NCBI GenBank assembly: GCA_001782045.1
Contig: MFNK01000012.1
Span: 86,890 to 150,889, forward strand
DNA: 64,000 bases
Reading direction: 5' to 3'
From: Candidatus Levybacteria bacterium RIFCSPHIGHO2_01_FULL_36_15b
Lineage (GTDB): Bacteria; Patescibacteriota; Microgenomatia; Levybacterales; UBA12049
The notes under the pieces were generated by a model. It saw nothing but the letters and a program-made list of their open reading frames with translations, was not told where the DNA came from and searched no databases. Below, one piece after another: positions 9,469 through 19,890 of the stretch (its first letter is position 1; each line of letters opens with the position of its first letter). Made by a program: the position numbers and the translations under genes.

Positions 9469-10717
9469 ACCAAGTCTTTTTCTTTTTTATCTACTTTTAT
9501 TTTTTTTACCAACTCAGCTTGGGAAACACTTTTGGGCAGATTTCTCTACTATTCAAGGGCTAAGAATTGACTACCTATCCCCCACTTTATATCTAACAGA
9601 CATTTTAATATTTGCCTTATTTTTACTATCTGTAAAAAAATTACTACCCCTGCTTTTTAAATATAAAAAAAACATGAGTTTACTTTTTATATTTATTTTA
9701 AGTGTCTTTTTAGGAATCTTAAATTCAAAAAACCCATCCGCAGGAACTTATGGACTAATTAAGGTTTTAGAATTTATTTTTTTAGGAACTTACATTTATT
9801 TTAATAAAAAAGCCTTAAGCCTAAAATTAATAGCACTTGCTTTTTCCACAGGAATAATTTTTGAAAGCTTACTTGCTGCACTTCAGTACTTAAACCATGG
9901 TTCGTTTCAGGGAATATTTTATTTTTTTGGAGAAAGAAACTTTAATACAAATACGCCGGGGATTGCAAACGCTTCAATAAACGGACAATTAGTTCTTCGT
10001 CCTTATGGAACCTTTTCGCACCCAAATGCGTTGGGAGGTTATTTAGTAATTGCATTAATGCTTTGTGCGTTTTCTGCAAAAAAAATAAATAGATTTTTCA
10101 TTCCGGTATTTATTCTTGCAGCTCTTGGAATATTTGTTTCTTTTTCAAGAACTGCTTTTATTGCATCTATAGTTTTTATTATTTTTTTCTTTCTAATTTC
10201 TGTTTACGAAAAATATAAGAAAGGCAAAACAAATAAGCCTTCTATAAAGCAAGTCTTTCTTATTCTTGCACTAATTTCCTTCCTACTGGTTACATTGTCG
10301 CTAAACTTATTTTCGCAAAGAATTTTTAACATAAATTTTAAAGACGAGTCTGTAGTTATGCGTACTAAGTTAATAGACCAATCGATAAATATGATAAGTA
10401 CCAATCCGGTACTTGGAGTAGGAATAAATAATTTTTATAATAATTTGGATTATAAATATAATAGTCCATCTACCATTCAGCCCGTTCACAATATCTTTTT
10501 TCTTACACTCTCGGAAACAGGATTAGTAGGAATTTTATTTTTAATTTTTATCCTTTTAAAACCGGTAAGAAATTTAAAGAATGGCGCTATTATTTTGGTA
10601 ATTTTAATTTTGGGTAGCCTTGACCACTATTTATTTACCCAACAACAAGGGCAACTTCTTTTTACTGTAACTATTTCTCTTCTTCTGTCCAATAAGCTTT
10701 CTGCTAAAATAAATTAG
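9392..10717 (+). CDS. O-antigen ligase/Wzy-like polytopic membrane protein (true start probably downstream)
   Basis: RPYGTFSHPN, SFSRTA, GVGINNF, PVHNIF; many TM helices. Confidence 0.85.
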   Translation: MPMIKKLYRNLWAKAEKEPWLLGQDKPSLFLFYLLLFFLPTQLGKHFWADFSTIQGLRIDYLSPTLYLTDILIFALFLLSVKKLLPLLFKYKKNMSLLFIFILSVFLGILNSKNPSAGTYGLIKVLEFIFLGTYIYFNKKALSLKLIALAFSTGIIFESLLAALQYLNHGSFQGIFYFFGERNFNTNTPGIANASINGQLVLRPYGTFSHPNALGGYLVIALMLCAFSAKKINRFFIPVFILAALGIFVSFSRTAFIASIVFIIFFFLISVYEKYKKGKTNKPSIKQVFLILALISFLLVTLSLNLFSQRIFNINFKDESVVMRTKLIDQSINMISTNPVLGVGINNFYNNLDYKYNSPSTIQPVHNIFFLTLSETGLVGILFLIFILLKPVRNLKNGAIILVILILGSLDHYLFTQQQGQLLFTVTISLLLSNKLSAKIN

Positions 10718-10722
10718 TACTT

Positions 10723-11145
10723 ATGTCCAGTATTTTTGTTTATACAGATGGCGGCGCCAGAGGAAATCCGGGGCCTTCGGCATTAGGGGTTTATATCGAA
10801 GACGATAAGGGTACTCCCCTTTTTTCCTTGGGTAAAAGACTCGGAGAAACGACTAACAATATTGCAGAATATTCAGCAATAGTTGAAGCATTTAATTGGT
10901 TAATTGAAAACAAAGGCATGCTGGGAAAGAACTGTAAAATTTATTTTTATATGGACTCACTTTTGGCATACTCGCATATTAAAAAAATTTATAAGATAAA
11001 AAATGAAAAACTAAAAGAGTTAATATTTACAATATGGGAAAAAGAAAAAATACTCGGACTTTCAGTTTCTTATAATCATGTAAGAAGAGAGGGAAACAAG
11101 AAAGCTGACGCCCTTGTAAATCTTGCTCTTGATAATCTAATTTAA
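10723..11145 (+). CDS. rnhA: Ribonuclease HI
   Basis: YTDGGARGNPG, TNNIAEY, MDS, NKKADALVN. Confidence 0.93.
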   Translation: MSSIFVYTDGGARGNPGPSALGVYIEDDKGTPLFSLGKRLGETTNNIAEYSAIVEAFNWLIENKGMLGKNCKIYFYMDSLLAYSHIKKIYKIKNEKLKELIFTIWEKEKILGLSVSYNHVRREGNKKADALVNLALDNLI

Positions 11146-11148
11146 CAA

Positions 11149-13833
11149 ATGAGAGGATCTGCCCTAATTACAACAGAAAGTAAAAACCAACTGCCGGTTT
11201 TAATTGTTGATAAGGTAGGAATTATTGGAGAGTCTCTTGCAGAAAATATAAAACAAGAATCTCTAGTAATTCTTGTAAGCGGGAAAACAGTTGTTGATCC
11301 AAATATCCTTCATGTACCCTACGATAAAAAAATTCCTGTTATACCCGATAACACCTACTCCCATATTTTTTTAATTGATGAAGACGGAGCATTTTTAAAA
11401 AATTTGATCCCGCCATTTATTAAAAAGGCCAAACACGATGATTCAGTTTTTAGTTTGGTTTTAAAAAAAGGAATCATCCAAAAAGATTTCGAACAAAGCC
11501 TTTTTTCTTCTTACAGCAAAATTAAGTTAATAATAACCGGTGATATCTTTGCCAAAGATTTTATATTCGATAGTAAAACAGACATAAATCGTTTTATTAA
11601 GGAAGTAAAAGATAATAAAAAAATTGAAATACCGGGTGATGGAACAAGTGAAACCCTGCCTGTTTTCTTAGAAGATGTTACATGGGGTATTTTACAAGCG
11701 GGCTTTATAGAAGAAAAAAATGAAGTTTTCTTAATATATCCCCAAGGGGCATTTACTCTACTTTCAGTAGCAAGAATATTTCAAAAAATTGATCCAAATA
11801 TAAAAATAGACTTCATAAGAGAAGACAAAATTCGTAAGGCTTTAGAAATAGAAGAAGGAAAAAATCTTCTCGATGAAAACTATGATTTAGAATCTAAAAT
11901 AAAGCAAATTGAATTTGGAAAAGAGAAATTTGAGGAGATAAGAAGGGAAGAAGAGCATAACAGAAGCTTTGAGTTTTCTCTTCCTACAGGATTAAATAAA
12001 ATTTTCTTAGCATGCCTACTAACTATTTTTTTGGTTCTTTTAATGCCGATTATTTTTACATTCGGACTGGCAGGTTTTGGAGGATTACTTTTGCAGGGAG
12101 CAATAAGTCAAGCAGAAGCGGGAAAACTTGAGTCTGCTAAAAACTTTGTAAGCGTTTCTTATTATGCATTTTTTCTTTCGGAGAGTTCCTTTGCTTTAGT
12201 TGAAAAAGAGGCAAGAATAGTAGGTATTGAAAATAAGTTGACTGGAATGCGCTCTAAATTGGAGCTGGGAAAGGAAACTTCATTTACTGTTTTAAATCTT
12301 TTTGAAGGCATAAAAAATTTGGAGAAGATTTTAACAGGTTCATCCGGGTCTTCGGAAAAGGAATTTAACAGAATTACAAATGATATTAAATCTGCTCTTG
12401 TATATTATCAAAAACAAAAAGAAGCAGGTGGTTTACCAGCCTCCTTAACTAAAAATTTGGATGATATTGTAGCTATTTCCTCAGCCACAATTGAGAGTTG
12501 GCCTGAATTATTCGGTTTTAAGGGGGAGAGGAAATACTTAATTCTTTTACAAAACAATATGGAGCTTCGGCCAGGGGGAGGATTTATCGGTTCCTTTGCG
12601 CTTGCCACTTTAAACAAAGGAAAGCTAAGTAATTTTAAAATATATGATGTATATGATGCAGACGGACAATTAAAAGGCCACATTGAGCCGCCTTTTGTAA
12701 TAAGAAGATATTTAAATTCTCCAAACTGGTATTTAAGAGACAGCAACTTTGATATTGATTTTTCAAAAAGCGCACAAGCGTCTGCGGTTTTTCTTCTTTC
12801 CGAATTAAAGCAACCCGTAGACGGAGTTGTTGCAGTAGATTTATCTTTTGCAAGAAATTTACTTGAGGCAGTCGGAGAAGTTAAGGTAGTAGATTATAAT
12901 GAAACTGTATCCTCCAATAATCTTTTTCAAGTAACTCAAGAAAAAGTTGAAGCAAAATTTTTCCCGGGCTCTACTCAAAAAAAAGACTTTCTTAAAAGCC
13001 TTTATAATTCAATAGAAAATAAAATATCGGCCGATAAGACAATCTCGTACTTAAATGTTTTGCAAAGCTTAGTAAGATCAATTTCTGAAAAACACATCTT
13101 GCTTGCGTTTAATAAACCAAATATAGAAGCCCTATTTTCTGTTAATGGTTGGGGAGGTAGCCTATTTGATGACAGAGAAAGCTCACCCACTTCTATAAAT
13201 GATTTTGTTGGAATTAATGAGGCAAATTTTGGAGCCAATAAAGTTAATTATTATGTTTCAAGAAGTATGAGTTTGAATGTTTCAATAAAAGATAATGGAC
13301 AGGTAGAGAATACCATAAAAATTAGTTATAAAAATAATGCTCCTAAAAATTCAGGTACAAAAGGATTATATAAAAACTATCTAAGACTAATTTTACCCAA
13401 AGGCGCAACGCTCACAAAAATAGAAGTCGATGGAGTAGCGCAAAAATTAATAAATGCTATAACGGAGCCAAATCTTTATGAAGCAAAAAATTTCAAACCA
13501 CCTGTAGGGCTTGAAATTAGCAAAGAAGAATTAGTAAATAAATCTGTATTTGGATTTTTAGTAAATATAGAACCTGAAGCTTTAAAAAATATAGTTGTCA
13601 CATACAACATAAATAAAAAATTTGATATGAAAGAGGCAAGTCTTTCTTATAGTTTAAAAATCTATAAACAGCCTGGCATTGACACGATTCCATTTGGGGT
13701 GGTATTGAATATACCCGCAAACCTAAATGTAGTAGATTATCCAAAAAGTGCAATAATTAAAGAAAAAGCAGTAATTGTTTCAGAAAACATTGTAAAAGAT
13801 ACAACCCTTAATTTTTCTATTTCAAAGAAATGA
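11149..13833 (+). CDS. DUF4012-type membrane-anchored protein with a degenerate epimerase-like N-terminus
   Basis: YLILLQNNMELRPGGGFIGS, LRDSN, DGVVAVD, N-x-GANKVN, KQPG motifs; central TM. Confidence 0.8.
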   Translation: MRGSALITTESKNQLPVLIVDKVGIIGESLAENIKQESLVILVSGKTVVDPNILHVPYDKKIPVIPDNTYSHIFLIDEDGAFLKNLIPPFIKKAKHDDSVFSLVLKKGIIQKDFEQSLFSSYSKIKLIITGDIFAKDFIFDSKTDINRFIKEVKDNKKIEIPGDGTSETLPVFLEDVTWGILQAGFIEEKNEVFLIYPQGAFTLLSVARIFQKIDPNIKIDFIREDKIRKALEIEEGKNLLDENYDLESKIKQIEFGKEKFEEIRREEEHNRSFEFSLPTGLNKIFLACLLTIFLVLLMPIIFTFGLAGFGGLLLQGAISQAEAGKLESAKNFVSVSYYAFFLSESSFALVEKEARIVGIENKLTGMRSKLELGKETSFTVLNLFEGIKNLEKILTGSSGSSEKEFNRITNDIKSALVYYQKQKEAGGLPASLTKNLDDIVAISSATIESWPELFGFKGERKYLILLQNNMELRPGGGFIGSFALATLNKGKLSNFKIYDVYDADGQLKGHIEPPFVIRRYLNSPNWYLRDSNFDIDFSKSAQASAVFLLSELKQPVDGVVAVDLSFARNLLEAVGEVKVVDYNETVSSNNLFQVTQEKVEAKFFPGSTQKKDFLKSLYNSIENKISADKTISYLNVLQSLVRSISEKHILLAFNKPNIEALFSVNGWGGSLFDDRESSPTSINDFVGINEANFGANKVNYYVSRSMSLNVSIKDNGQVENTIKISYKNNAPKNSGTKGLYKNYLRLILPKGATLTKIEVDGVAQKLINAITEPNLYEAKNFKPPVGLEISKEELVNKSVFGFLVNIEPEALKNIVVTYNINKKFDMKEASLSYSLKIYKQPGIDTIPFGVVLNIPANLNVVDYPKSAIIKEKAVIVSENIVKDTTLNFSISKK

Positions 13834-14439
13834 CTCAATAAAATCAGCTTTGGTCTTTCTAATATATCTTCCATGCTCAATTAGTAAATTTGTAATTTCA
13901 AACCAAATTTTCTTATCAAATAAATTCATTAGATCTTTTTCTATTTTTTCAGGACTCTTCTCTTTGCTAAATCCATACTTTTGTGAAAGCCTAGATACAT
14001 GTGTATCAACGGCAACACCTTCAAATATAAAGTATGCATTTCCTAAAACAACATTTGCAGTTTTTCTTCCTACTCCAGGAAGCAGCGTTAACTCGGAGAT
14101 AGTCTTTGGAATTTTGCCGTTGTAGTCTTTAAGAATTATTTTTGCCGCTGCTTTTACGTTTTTTGCTTTAGTCTTATAAAGTCCAATTTGTTTAATATCG
14201 TTTTCAAGGACTTTTAAATTAACATTCGCAAAATTTTCTATTTCCACCTGCTCATTCTTTCCTCTATGTTTAGGAAAAAGGTTCGCAGTAGTTTTGTTCA
14301 CTTGTACATCAGTTGTTTGAGCTGAAAGCATAACTGCAACAAGAAGCTCAAAATTATTTTTGTAATTTAAGACAATTTTTGCTTTTGGGTAATGCTTTTT
14401 AAGAAGGTTAAAAATTTTGTAGGCTCGTTTCTTATTCAT
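13822..14439 (-). CDS. nth: Endonuclease III-like HhH-GPD glycosylase lacking the Fe-S motif
   Basis: FELLVAVMLSAQTTD, LPGVGRKTANVVL, VDTHV; no Cys in the protein. Confidence 0.9.
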   Translation of the reverse strand: MNKKRAYKIFNLLKKHYPKAKIVLNYKNNFELLVAVMLSAQTTDVQVNKTTANLFPKHRGKNEQVEIENFANVNLKVLENDIKQIGLYKTKAKNVKAAAKIILKDYNGKIPKTISELTLLPGVGRKTANVVLGNAYFIFEGVAVDTHVSRLSQKYGFSKEKSPEKIEKDLMNLFDKKIWFEITNLLIEHGRYIRKTKADFIESFL

Positions 14440-14445
14440 AAGAAG

Positions 14446-14459
14446 TTATTATATAATAA
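14446..14459. promoter_or_regulatory. Palindromic bidirectional -10 element between nth and valS
   Basis: TTATTATATAATAA gives TATAAT on both strands: 6 nt before the valS GTG and 8 nt before the nth ATG. Confidence 0.7.
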
Positions 14460-14463
14460 AGTA

Positions 14464-16515
14464 GTGAACGAAGAGAACACATATAAGAATTGGGAGAAGA
14501 ATGGATATTTTAAACCCGAGTTAAATCCAGATGGGAAACCATTTTCAATAATTCTACCACCCCCAAATGCAAATGCACCACTTCACTTTGGCCATGCAAT
14601 GTATACGGTTGAGGACATTCTTATTAGATTCCACAGATTATTAGGAGATAAGACGCTTTGGCTTCCGGGATCAGATCATGCTGGATTTGAAACACAATTT
14701 GTTTTTGAAAAGAAACTACATGAAGAAGGGAAGTCGCGTTTTGATTATGATCGAGAAACTCTTTATAAAATGATTTGGAGTTTTGTAGAAGAAAATAGAC
14801 CAATAATGGAAAATCAGCTCAGAAGACTAGGTTTCTCTCTAGATTTTTCAAGAAAAAAATTTACCCTAGATGAAGATATTGTAAAAATAGTTTATAAAAC
14901 ATTTAAAAAACTTTATGACGATGGATTGGTTTACAGAGCAGAAAGACTAGTTAATTATTGCACGTTCGACGGAACCAGCTTTTCCGATCTTGAGGTAATT
15001 TATGAAGAAAGAAAAACACCTCTTTATTACATTAAATACGGACCATTAACTTTAGCTACAACAAGGCCGGAGACAAAATTCGGCGACACGGCTGTTGCAG
15101 TTAATCCAAGCGATTCGCGTTACCAAAAATATATAGGAAAGGAAATTGAGATTGAAACTGTTTTGGGTAAAGCAAAATTAAAAGTAATTGCAGATGAAAT
15201 GGTAGATAAAGAATTTGGAACAGGAGTTGTAAAGATAACCCCCGCTCATGATTTTGAGGACTTTGAAGTTTCTACAAGGCACAATTTACCCATGGTTCAG
15301 GTTATAGATTACTCAGGCAAAATGAATAAAAAGGCAGGAAAGTTTGAGGGTATGTATGCAAAACAAGCTAGAGCAGAAATAGTTTCCGAAATGCAAAAAA
15401 AAGGATTAATAGAAAGAATAGATGAAGATTATGTTCATAGGGTTGGTGTTTGTTATAAATGTAAAAACCCGATTGAGCCCTTACCCCTTGAACAGTGGTT
15501 TATAAAAATGAAGCCTCTTGCAAAATCAGCAATAGAAGCTGTTAAAAAAGGCGATATTAAAATCTATCCCAAAAACTTTGAAAAGTTGTATTTTCAGTTT
15601 TTGGAAAATATTAAAGACTGGAATATATCAAGACAAATTGTTTGGGGAACAAGGATTCCTGCTTGGAAAAATAATAAAACAGGAGAGTGGGTAGTTACAG
15701 AAGGGGAGGCGCCAAAAGGCAATTTTGAACAAGACTCAGACACTTTCGATACATGGTTCTCATCGGGTCAATGGCCATTTGCGACTCTTTCTACAACTAA
15801 AGACTTAGAATTTTATCCAACTTCTGTTATGGAAACCGGTTATGATATTCTACGTTGGTGGGTGGCTAGAATGATAATGCTGGGCATTTACATGACAGGA
15901 AAGCCTCCATTTAAAGATGTTTTGCTTCATGGTCTGGTAAACGATCCCTTAGGCAAAAAAATGAGCAAGAGTAAGGGAAACGTCATAAATCCTATTGAGC
16001 TGGTTGAAGAATATGGGGCCGATACAGTACGCTTCGCTCTTATTTACGGAAACGCTACTGGAAACGATCAGGTTTTATCATATCCAAAACTTGAAGCAGC
16101 AAAAAAATTTATTAATAAAATTAGAAACATAAGTAGATATGTTTTGGAAATGAAACCAAATGATACAAAAGAAAACCCGCAATTAAATGATGATGATAAA
16201 AAAGTACTTGAGAATTTAGACAAGCTAGTAGCTGAGGTAACAAAAGGGATAGAAAAATATGATTTTAATTTTGCATTAAATAACCTTTATGAGTTTATTT
16301 GGCATTACTTTGCAGATTTATATATTGAAAGTTCAAAAACCCGAAGAGGAGAAGCACAACCCGTGCTAGAGCAGGTTTTAAAAACTTCAATTATTCTACT
16401 TCATCCATTTATGCCTTTTGTAACAGAGGAAATTTACCAAAAATTCCCAAAACGCTTAGATTCTATAATGATTGAGAAGTGGCCTAAGTCAAGTGTCAAA
16501 AAAAACATCTTCTAA
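14464..16515 (+). CDS. valS: Valyl-tRNA synthetase, short form without the C-terminal coiled coil
   Basis: PPPNA..LHFGH, TTRPET, WNISRQ, DTWFSS, KMSKS. Start reassigned to GTG 14464 from the promoter position and the overlap with nth. Confidence 0.95.
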   Translation: MNEENTYKNWEKNGYFKPELNPDGKPFSIILPPPNANAPLHFGHAMYTVEDILIRFHRLLGDKTLWLPGSDHAGFETQFVFEKKLHEEGKSRFDYDRETLYKMIWSFVEENRPIMENQLRRLGFSLDFSRKKFTLDEDIVKIVYKTFKKLYDDGLVYRAERLVNYCTFDGTSFSDLEVIYEERKTPLYYIKYGPLTLATTRPETKFGDTAVAVNPSDSRYQKYIGKEIEIETVLGKAKLKVIADEMVDKEFGTGVVKITPAHDFEDFEVSTRHNLPMVQVIDYSGKMNKKAGKFEGMYAKQARAEIVSEMQKKGLIERIDEDYVHRVGVCYKCKNPIEPLPLEQWFIKMKPLAKSAIEAVKKGDIKIYPKNFEKLYFQFLENIKDWNISRQIVWGTRIPAWKNNKTGEWVVTEGEAPKGNFEQDSDTFDTWFSSGQWPFATLSTTKDLEFYPTSVMETGYDILRWWVARMIMLGIYMTGKPPFKDVLLHGLVNDPLGKKMSKSKGNVINPIELVEEYGADTVRFALIYGNATGNDQVLSYPKLEAAKKFINKIRNISRYVLEMKPNDTKENPQLNDDDKKVLENLDKLVAEVTKGIEKYDFNFALNNLYEFIWHYFADLYIESSKTRRGEAQPVLEQVLKTSIILLHPFMPFVTEEIYQKFPKRLDSIMIEKWPKSSVKKNIF

Positions 16516-16891
16516 AATTAAATCAGGCATACAATTCCCGAGTAATTACCGAGTAATTACCGAAAGAGGCATATCGTTTTTATCTTTAATAGCAATTTTA
16601 ATCCTGATTTTACTTATTTTTTTGCTTTCTTTTAACCTTATTCAAGATTATCAGGAATACAGAAAGATATCGTTAGAAAGACAAAATATAAATGTAAAAA
16701 TTAATTCATGGAGCTCGATTTTGGATAAATTTCCGGGGTATTCGGACGCAAGTTTTAATATGGCAGTATTATATTACCAGCTAAATGATTTTGAAAAAGC
16801 TAAAACTTATTTGGATAAAACTTTAATTTTTGATCCAAATTATCCTCAGGCACAGAAACTCGGCAGCGAGCTTAAAAAAAGAGGTTTTTAA
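16472..16891 (+). CDS. Membrane-anchored TPR protein
   Basis: One TM, then FPGYSDASFNMAVLYYQLNDFEKAKTYLDKTLIFDP (TPR). Confidence 0.75.
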   Translation: MRSGLSQVSKKTSSKIKSGIQFPSNYRVITERGISFLSLIAILILILLIFLLSFNLIQDYQEYRKISLERQNINVKINSWSSILDKFPGYSDASFNMAVLYYQLNDFEKAKTYLDKTLIFDPNYPQAQKLGSELKKRGF

Positions 16892-17625
16892 CCTTCTTGG
16901 GGTTTTTCTTCAGGAGTTTTTTCAGCTTCTTCCGCCGCGGGTTTTTCTTCGGCGGGTATTTCTCCTTCAACAGGCTCTTTAGCTTCGCCTTCGGCACCCT
17001 CAACAACTTCGCCTTCGGCTTTTGCAGCTTCAGCTGCGGCAGCTTCTTCCGCTGCTTGCTCTAGGGCTTCTTTGGAGACCAATTCTTCTATCTTTGCAAC
17101 CAACTGATTAGCGTCGGATAAAATCGTAACCCCCTCTGGTGCTTTTAAGTCAGAAACTGCAATTTGCTCATCAATTTGAGCTAAATACTCGACATTTACC
17201 TGTATGTTTTCAGGTAAATCTGAAGGAAGCGCTTCTACTTCCACCTCATTTGTAATTTCCATTAAAATTCCGATTTTTTCAACTACTGCCTTGGGTTCTC
17301 CTACAAATTCTAGCGGAACATTCGCTTTTACTTTTTCTTTAAGATTTACTTGGAAAAAATCTGCATGCAATACATTTCCTCTAAAATCTTTATATACGTT
17401 TTGAATTAAAACCGGAATCGTTTTTCCTTCAAGATCCAAATCTACTAAGGTTGTTTCTCCGCTTTCCTTATATACATCCATAAATTCTTTCGTAGGAGCC
17501 TGAACTGCAGTCGATTTAACCTCTTTTCCATAAACGTTGCCAGGAGTTATGCCATCACGTCGCAGTTTTTTAACTTTTTTACCTAGGATTTTTCTTTTTT
17601 CTACTTTGAGTTTTGAATGCTTCAC
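16888..17625 (-). CDS. rplY: 50S ribosomal protein L25/Ctc with acidic tail
   Basis: KKLRRDGITPGNVYG, LHADFFQV, VEALPSDLPENI. Confidence 0.96.
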   Translation of the reverse strand: MKHSKLKVEKRKILGKKVKKLRRDGITPGNVYGKEVKSTAVQAPTKEFMDVYKESGETTLVDLDLEGKTIPVLIQNVYKDFRGNVLHADFFQVNLKEKVKANVPLEFVGEPKAVVEKIGILMEITNEVEVEALPSDLPENIQVNVEYLAQIDEQIAVSDLKAPEGVTILSDANQLVAKIEELVSKEALEQAAEEAAAAEAAKAEGEVVEGAEGEAKEPVEGEIPAEEKPAAEEAEKTPEEKPQEG

Positions 17626-17689
17626 AATAATCTATTTTACATTAAAACAAAGCTTATGGCAAGCTCGCTTGAGGTGATATAATTAAACT

Positions 17690-18178
17690 GTGAAGATATT
17701 GGGAATTGATCCTGGAATTGCCAGATGCGGATGGGCTATAGTAGAATCTCAAAATTCAAAAATACAGGTATTAGGCTATGGTTGCATAGAAACAAGCCCA
17801 AAAAGCTTAATCGAAGAAAGACTTGAGCAGGTTTACTTACAAGTTTCAAAAATTATCAAAACCTATAAACCGGGAGTTTTATCTATTGAAGAGCTTTTTT
17901 TTAGTTCTAATGCAAAAACAGCTTTTGTAGTAGGTCAAGCAAGGGGAGTCGTGCTTCTTGCAGCAAGTCAAAATAGGCTTAAAACTGCCATATATACGCC
18001 CTTGCAGGTTAAACTTGCGGTAACGGGTTATGGCAGGGCGGAAAAAAAACAGGTTGAGGATATGGTAAAAATACTTCTTAAATTAAAAACAGCCCCAAAA
18101 CTTGATGATACTTCTGATGCTTTAGCAGTTGCCATCACGCACGCTTTTTCCCAAAAGTACGAAAAATACACAAAATAG
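17690..18178 (+). CDS. ruvC: Holliday junction resolvase
   Basis: ILGIDPG, IEELFF, GQARGV, GYGRAEK, DDTSDALA. Confidence 0.97.
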   Translation: MKILGIDPGIARCGWAIVESQNSKIQVLGYGCIETSPKSLIEERLEQVYLQVSKIIKTYKPGVLSIEELFFSSNAKTAFVVGQARGVVLLAASQNRLKTAIYTPLQVKLAVTGYGRAEKKQVEDMVKILLKLKTAPKLDDTSDALAVAITHAFSQKYEKYTK

Positions 18179-18201
18179 CTTGTGCTATAATCAGCTAAAT
18201 T

Positions 18202-18774
18202 ATGATTGGTTCGTTAAACGGTAAGGTTGATTTACTTCAAAGACCTAATGCAATAATTGATGTTAACGGCGTTGGCTACAAAGTTTTAGTAGCTGATAGT
18301 GTTTATAAAAAGCTTACGGTCGGGGATAAGCTCAAAATTTTCACATACACATATGTAAGAGAAGATGCTTTAGATCTTTTTGGATTCTTAGAAATAGAGG
18401 ATTTAAAACTTTTCGAAAGCTTAATTACTGTTTCGGGAATTGGCCCAAAAACTGCATTAAACATTTTTTCCTTCGGGGAACGAAAAGATATTATTGAAGC
18501 AATTGTTAAAGGTGACGCTTTATTTTTTACATCTGTTCCAAGACTTGGAACAAAAAATGCGCAAAAAATAATAATTGAACTTAAAAACAAGATGGGAGGA
18601 GACGGAATAGTTGATTTATCGGGCAAGGATTTAATAGAGAACATAGAAGCGGTAGAGGCTTTGAAAAACTTCGGTTTTAGCGCAAACGAGGCACAAAAAG
18701 CATTGAGGGGCTTAAGCTCGGGACTTTCTACAGAAGATAAAATCAAGCAGGCGCTTAAATCTTTAGGAAGGTAA
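18202..18774 (+). CDS. ruvA: Holliday junction DNA-binding subunit
   Basis: [25 protein letters not shown]. Confidence 0.97.
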   Translation: MIGSLNGKVDLLQRPNAIIDVNGVGYKVLVADSVYKKLTVGDKLKIFTYTYVREDALDLFGFLEIEDLKLFESLITVSGIGPKTALNIFSFGERKDIIEAIVKGDALFFTSVPRLGTKNAQKIIIELKNKMGGDGIVDLSGKDLIENIEAVEALKNFGFSANEAQKALRGLSSGLSTEDKIKQALKSLGR

Positions 18775-18775
18775 A

Positions 18776-19852
18776 ATGGCAAAAGACAAAAAAACAACAA
18801 TTGAAAAAGTCCATTCGGCAGGTTCGACAAGCTCACTGCAAGCCGGCTCTGGACAAGAAACTCCGGAAGAAGAAGTTTTGTTTACATCCTTGCGGGCTTC
18901 CGTATGGGACGAATTTTATGGCCAAAAAAACGTAAAACAGGCATTAAACATTGCAATTTCCGCCGCTAAAAAAAGAAAAGAACCAATAGAGCATATTTTG
19001 CTATATGGGCCTCCCGGCCTTGGAAAAACTACACTATCACACTTAATTGCAAAAGAAATGAATGTAAACATTAGAGTAACATCTGGACCTGCAATTGAGC
19101 GAGCCGGGGATTTAGCCTCCATCTTAACCAATTTGGAAAAGGGCGATATACTTTTTATCGACGAAGTACATAGGTTAAACAAGGTAGTTGAAGAAACACT
19201 TTATCCTGCAATGGAAGACTATGCGCTAGATATTATTATAGGCAAAGGACCATCTGCGCGCACGTTAAGGTTGGATCTTCCCCAGTTTACAATAATAGGC
19301 GCGACAACAAGGATTGGATTGATGTCAGCGCCCCTTAGAGACCGTTTTGGAGTAATTCACAGGCTTGCTTTTTATGAGCCGGATGAGCTTTTTGAAATTA
19401 TAAGAAAAGGAGCATTAAAGTTAAAGACTAAAATAGATAAAGATTCTATTGCAGAAATTGCAGCTAGAGCAAGGGGTACGCCTAGAATAGCACTTAAGAT
19501 ACTAAAGCGAATAAGAGATTTTGCTCAAGTCCACTCAACTGGCGAAATCACCAAAGACATTACGGATAAAGCCCTAAAAATGCTCGATGTAGACTCTGTG
19601 GGATTGGATAACAGCGATATTAGATATCTAAAAGCAATAATTGATAAGCATGGAGGAGGACCTGTTGGAGTTGAGACACTGGCCTCAACAATAAGCGAGG
19701 ACACAGGAACAATAGAAGAAGTAATAGAGCCATATTTGCTTCAAATAGGCTTTCTTAAAAAAGCACCTAGAGGAAGGCTTGCAACCCCAGCTGCATATAA
19801 GCACTTAGGAATCGATTTGCCAAAATCCTCAAAACAGCAAAAACTCATCTAG
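18776..19852 (+). CDS. ruvB: Holliday junction branch-migration ATPase
   Basis: [35 protein letters not shown]. Confidence 0.98.
   Translation: MAKDKKTTIEKVHSAGSTSSLQAGSGQETPEEEVLFTSLRASVWDEFYGQKNVKQALNIAISAAKKRKEPIEHILLYGPPGLGKTTLSHLIAKEMNVNIRVTSGPAIERAGDLASILTNLEKGDILFIDEVHRLNKVVEETLYPAMEDYALDIIIGKGPSARTLRLDLPQFTIIGATTRIGLMSAPLRDRFGVIHRLAFYEPDELFEIIRKGALKLKTKIDKDSIAEIAARARGTPRIALKILKRIRDFAQVHSTGEITKDITDKALKMLDVDSVGLDNSDIRYLKAIIDKHGGGPVGVETLASTISEDTGTIEEVIEPYLLQIGFLKKAPRGRLATPAAYKHLGIDLPKSSKQQKLI
18809..18857 (+). repeat. Nested short palindromic (REP-like) insertion, in frame within the 5' end of ruvB
   Basis: Inner GCAG-GTTCGACAAGCTCA-CTGC sits inside outer GTCCA-TTCGG...CCGGCTC-TGGAC. 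Confidence 0.6.
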
Positions 19853-19890
19853 CTTGACAAAAAGTAAGCCTGCTGATAGTATTCACAATT

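Noticed and set aside
16538-16563. Tandem CGAGTAATTAC x2 in the TPR gene
   Set aside because: Two 11-bp units within an open frame; too short for CRISPR or iterons, and no other copies were seen.
16888-17070. Low-complexity Glu/Ala/Pro repeats at the rplY 3' end
   Set aside because: Ordinary acidic tail of Ctc-type L25.
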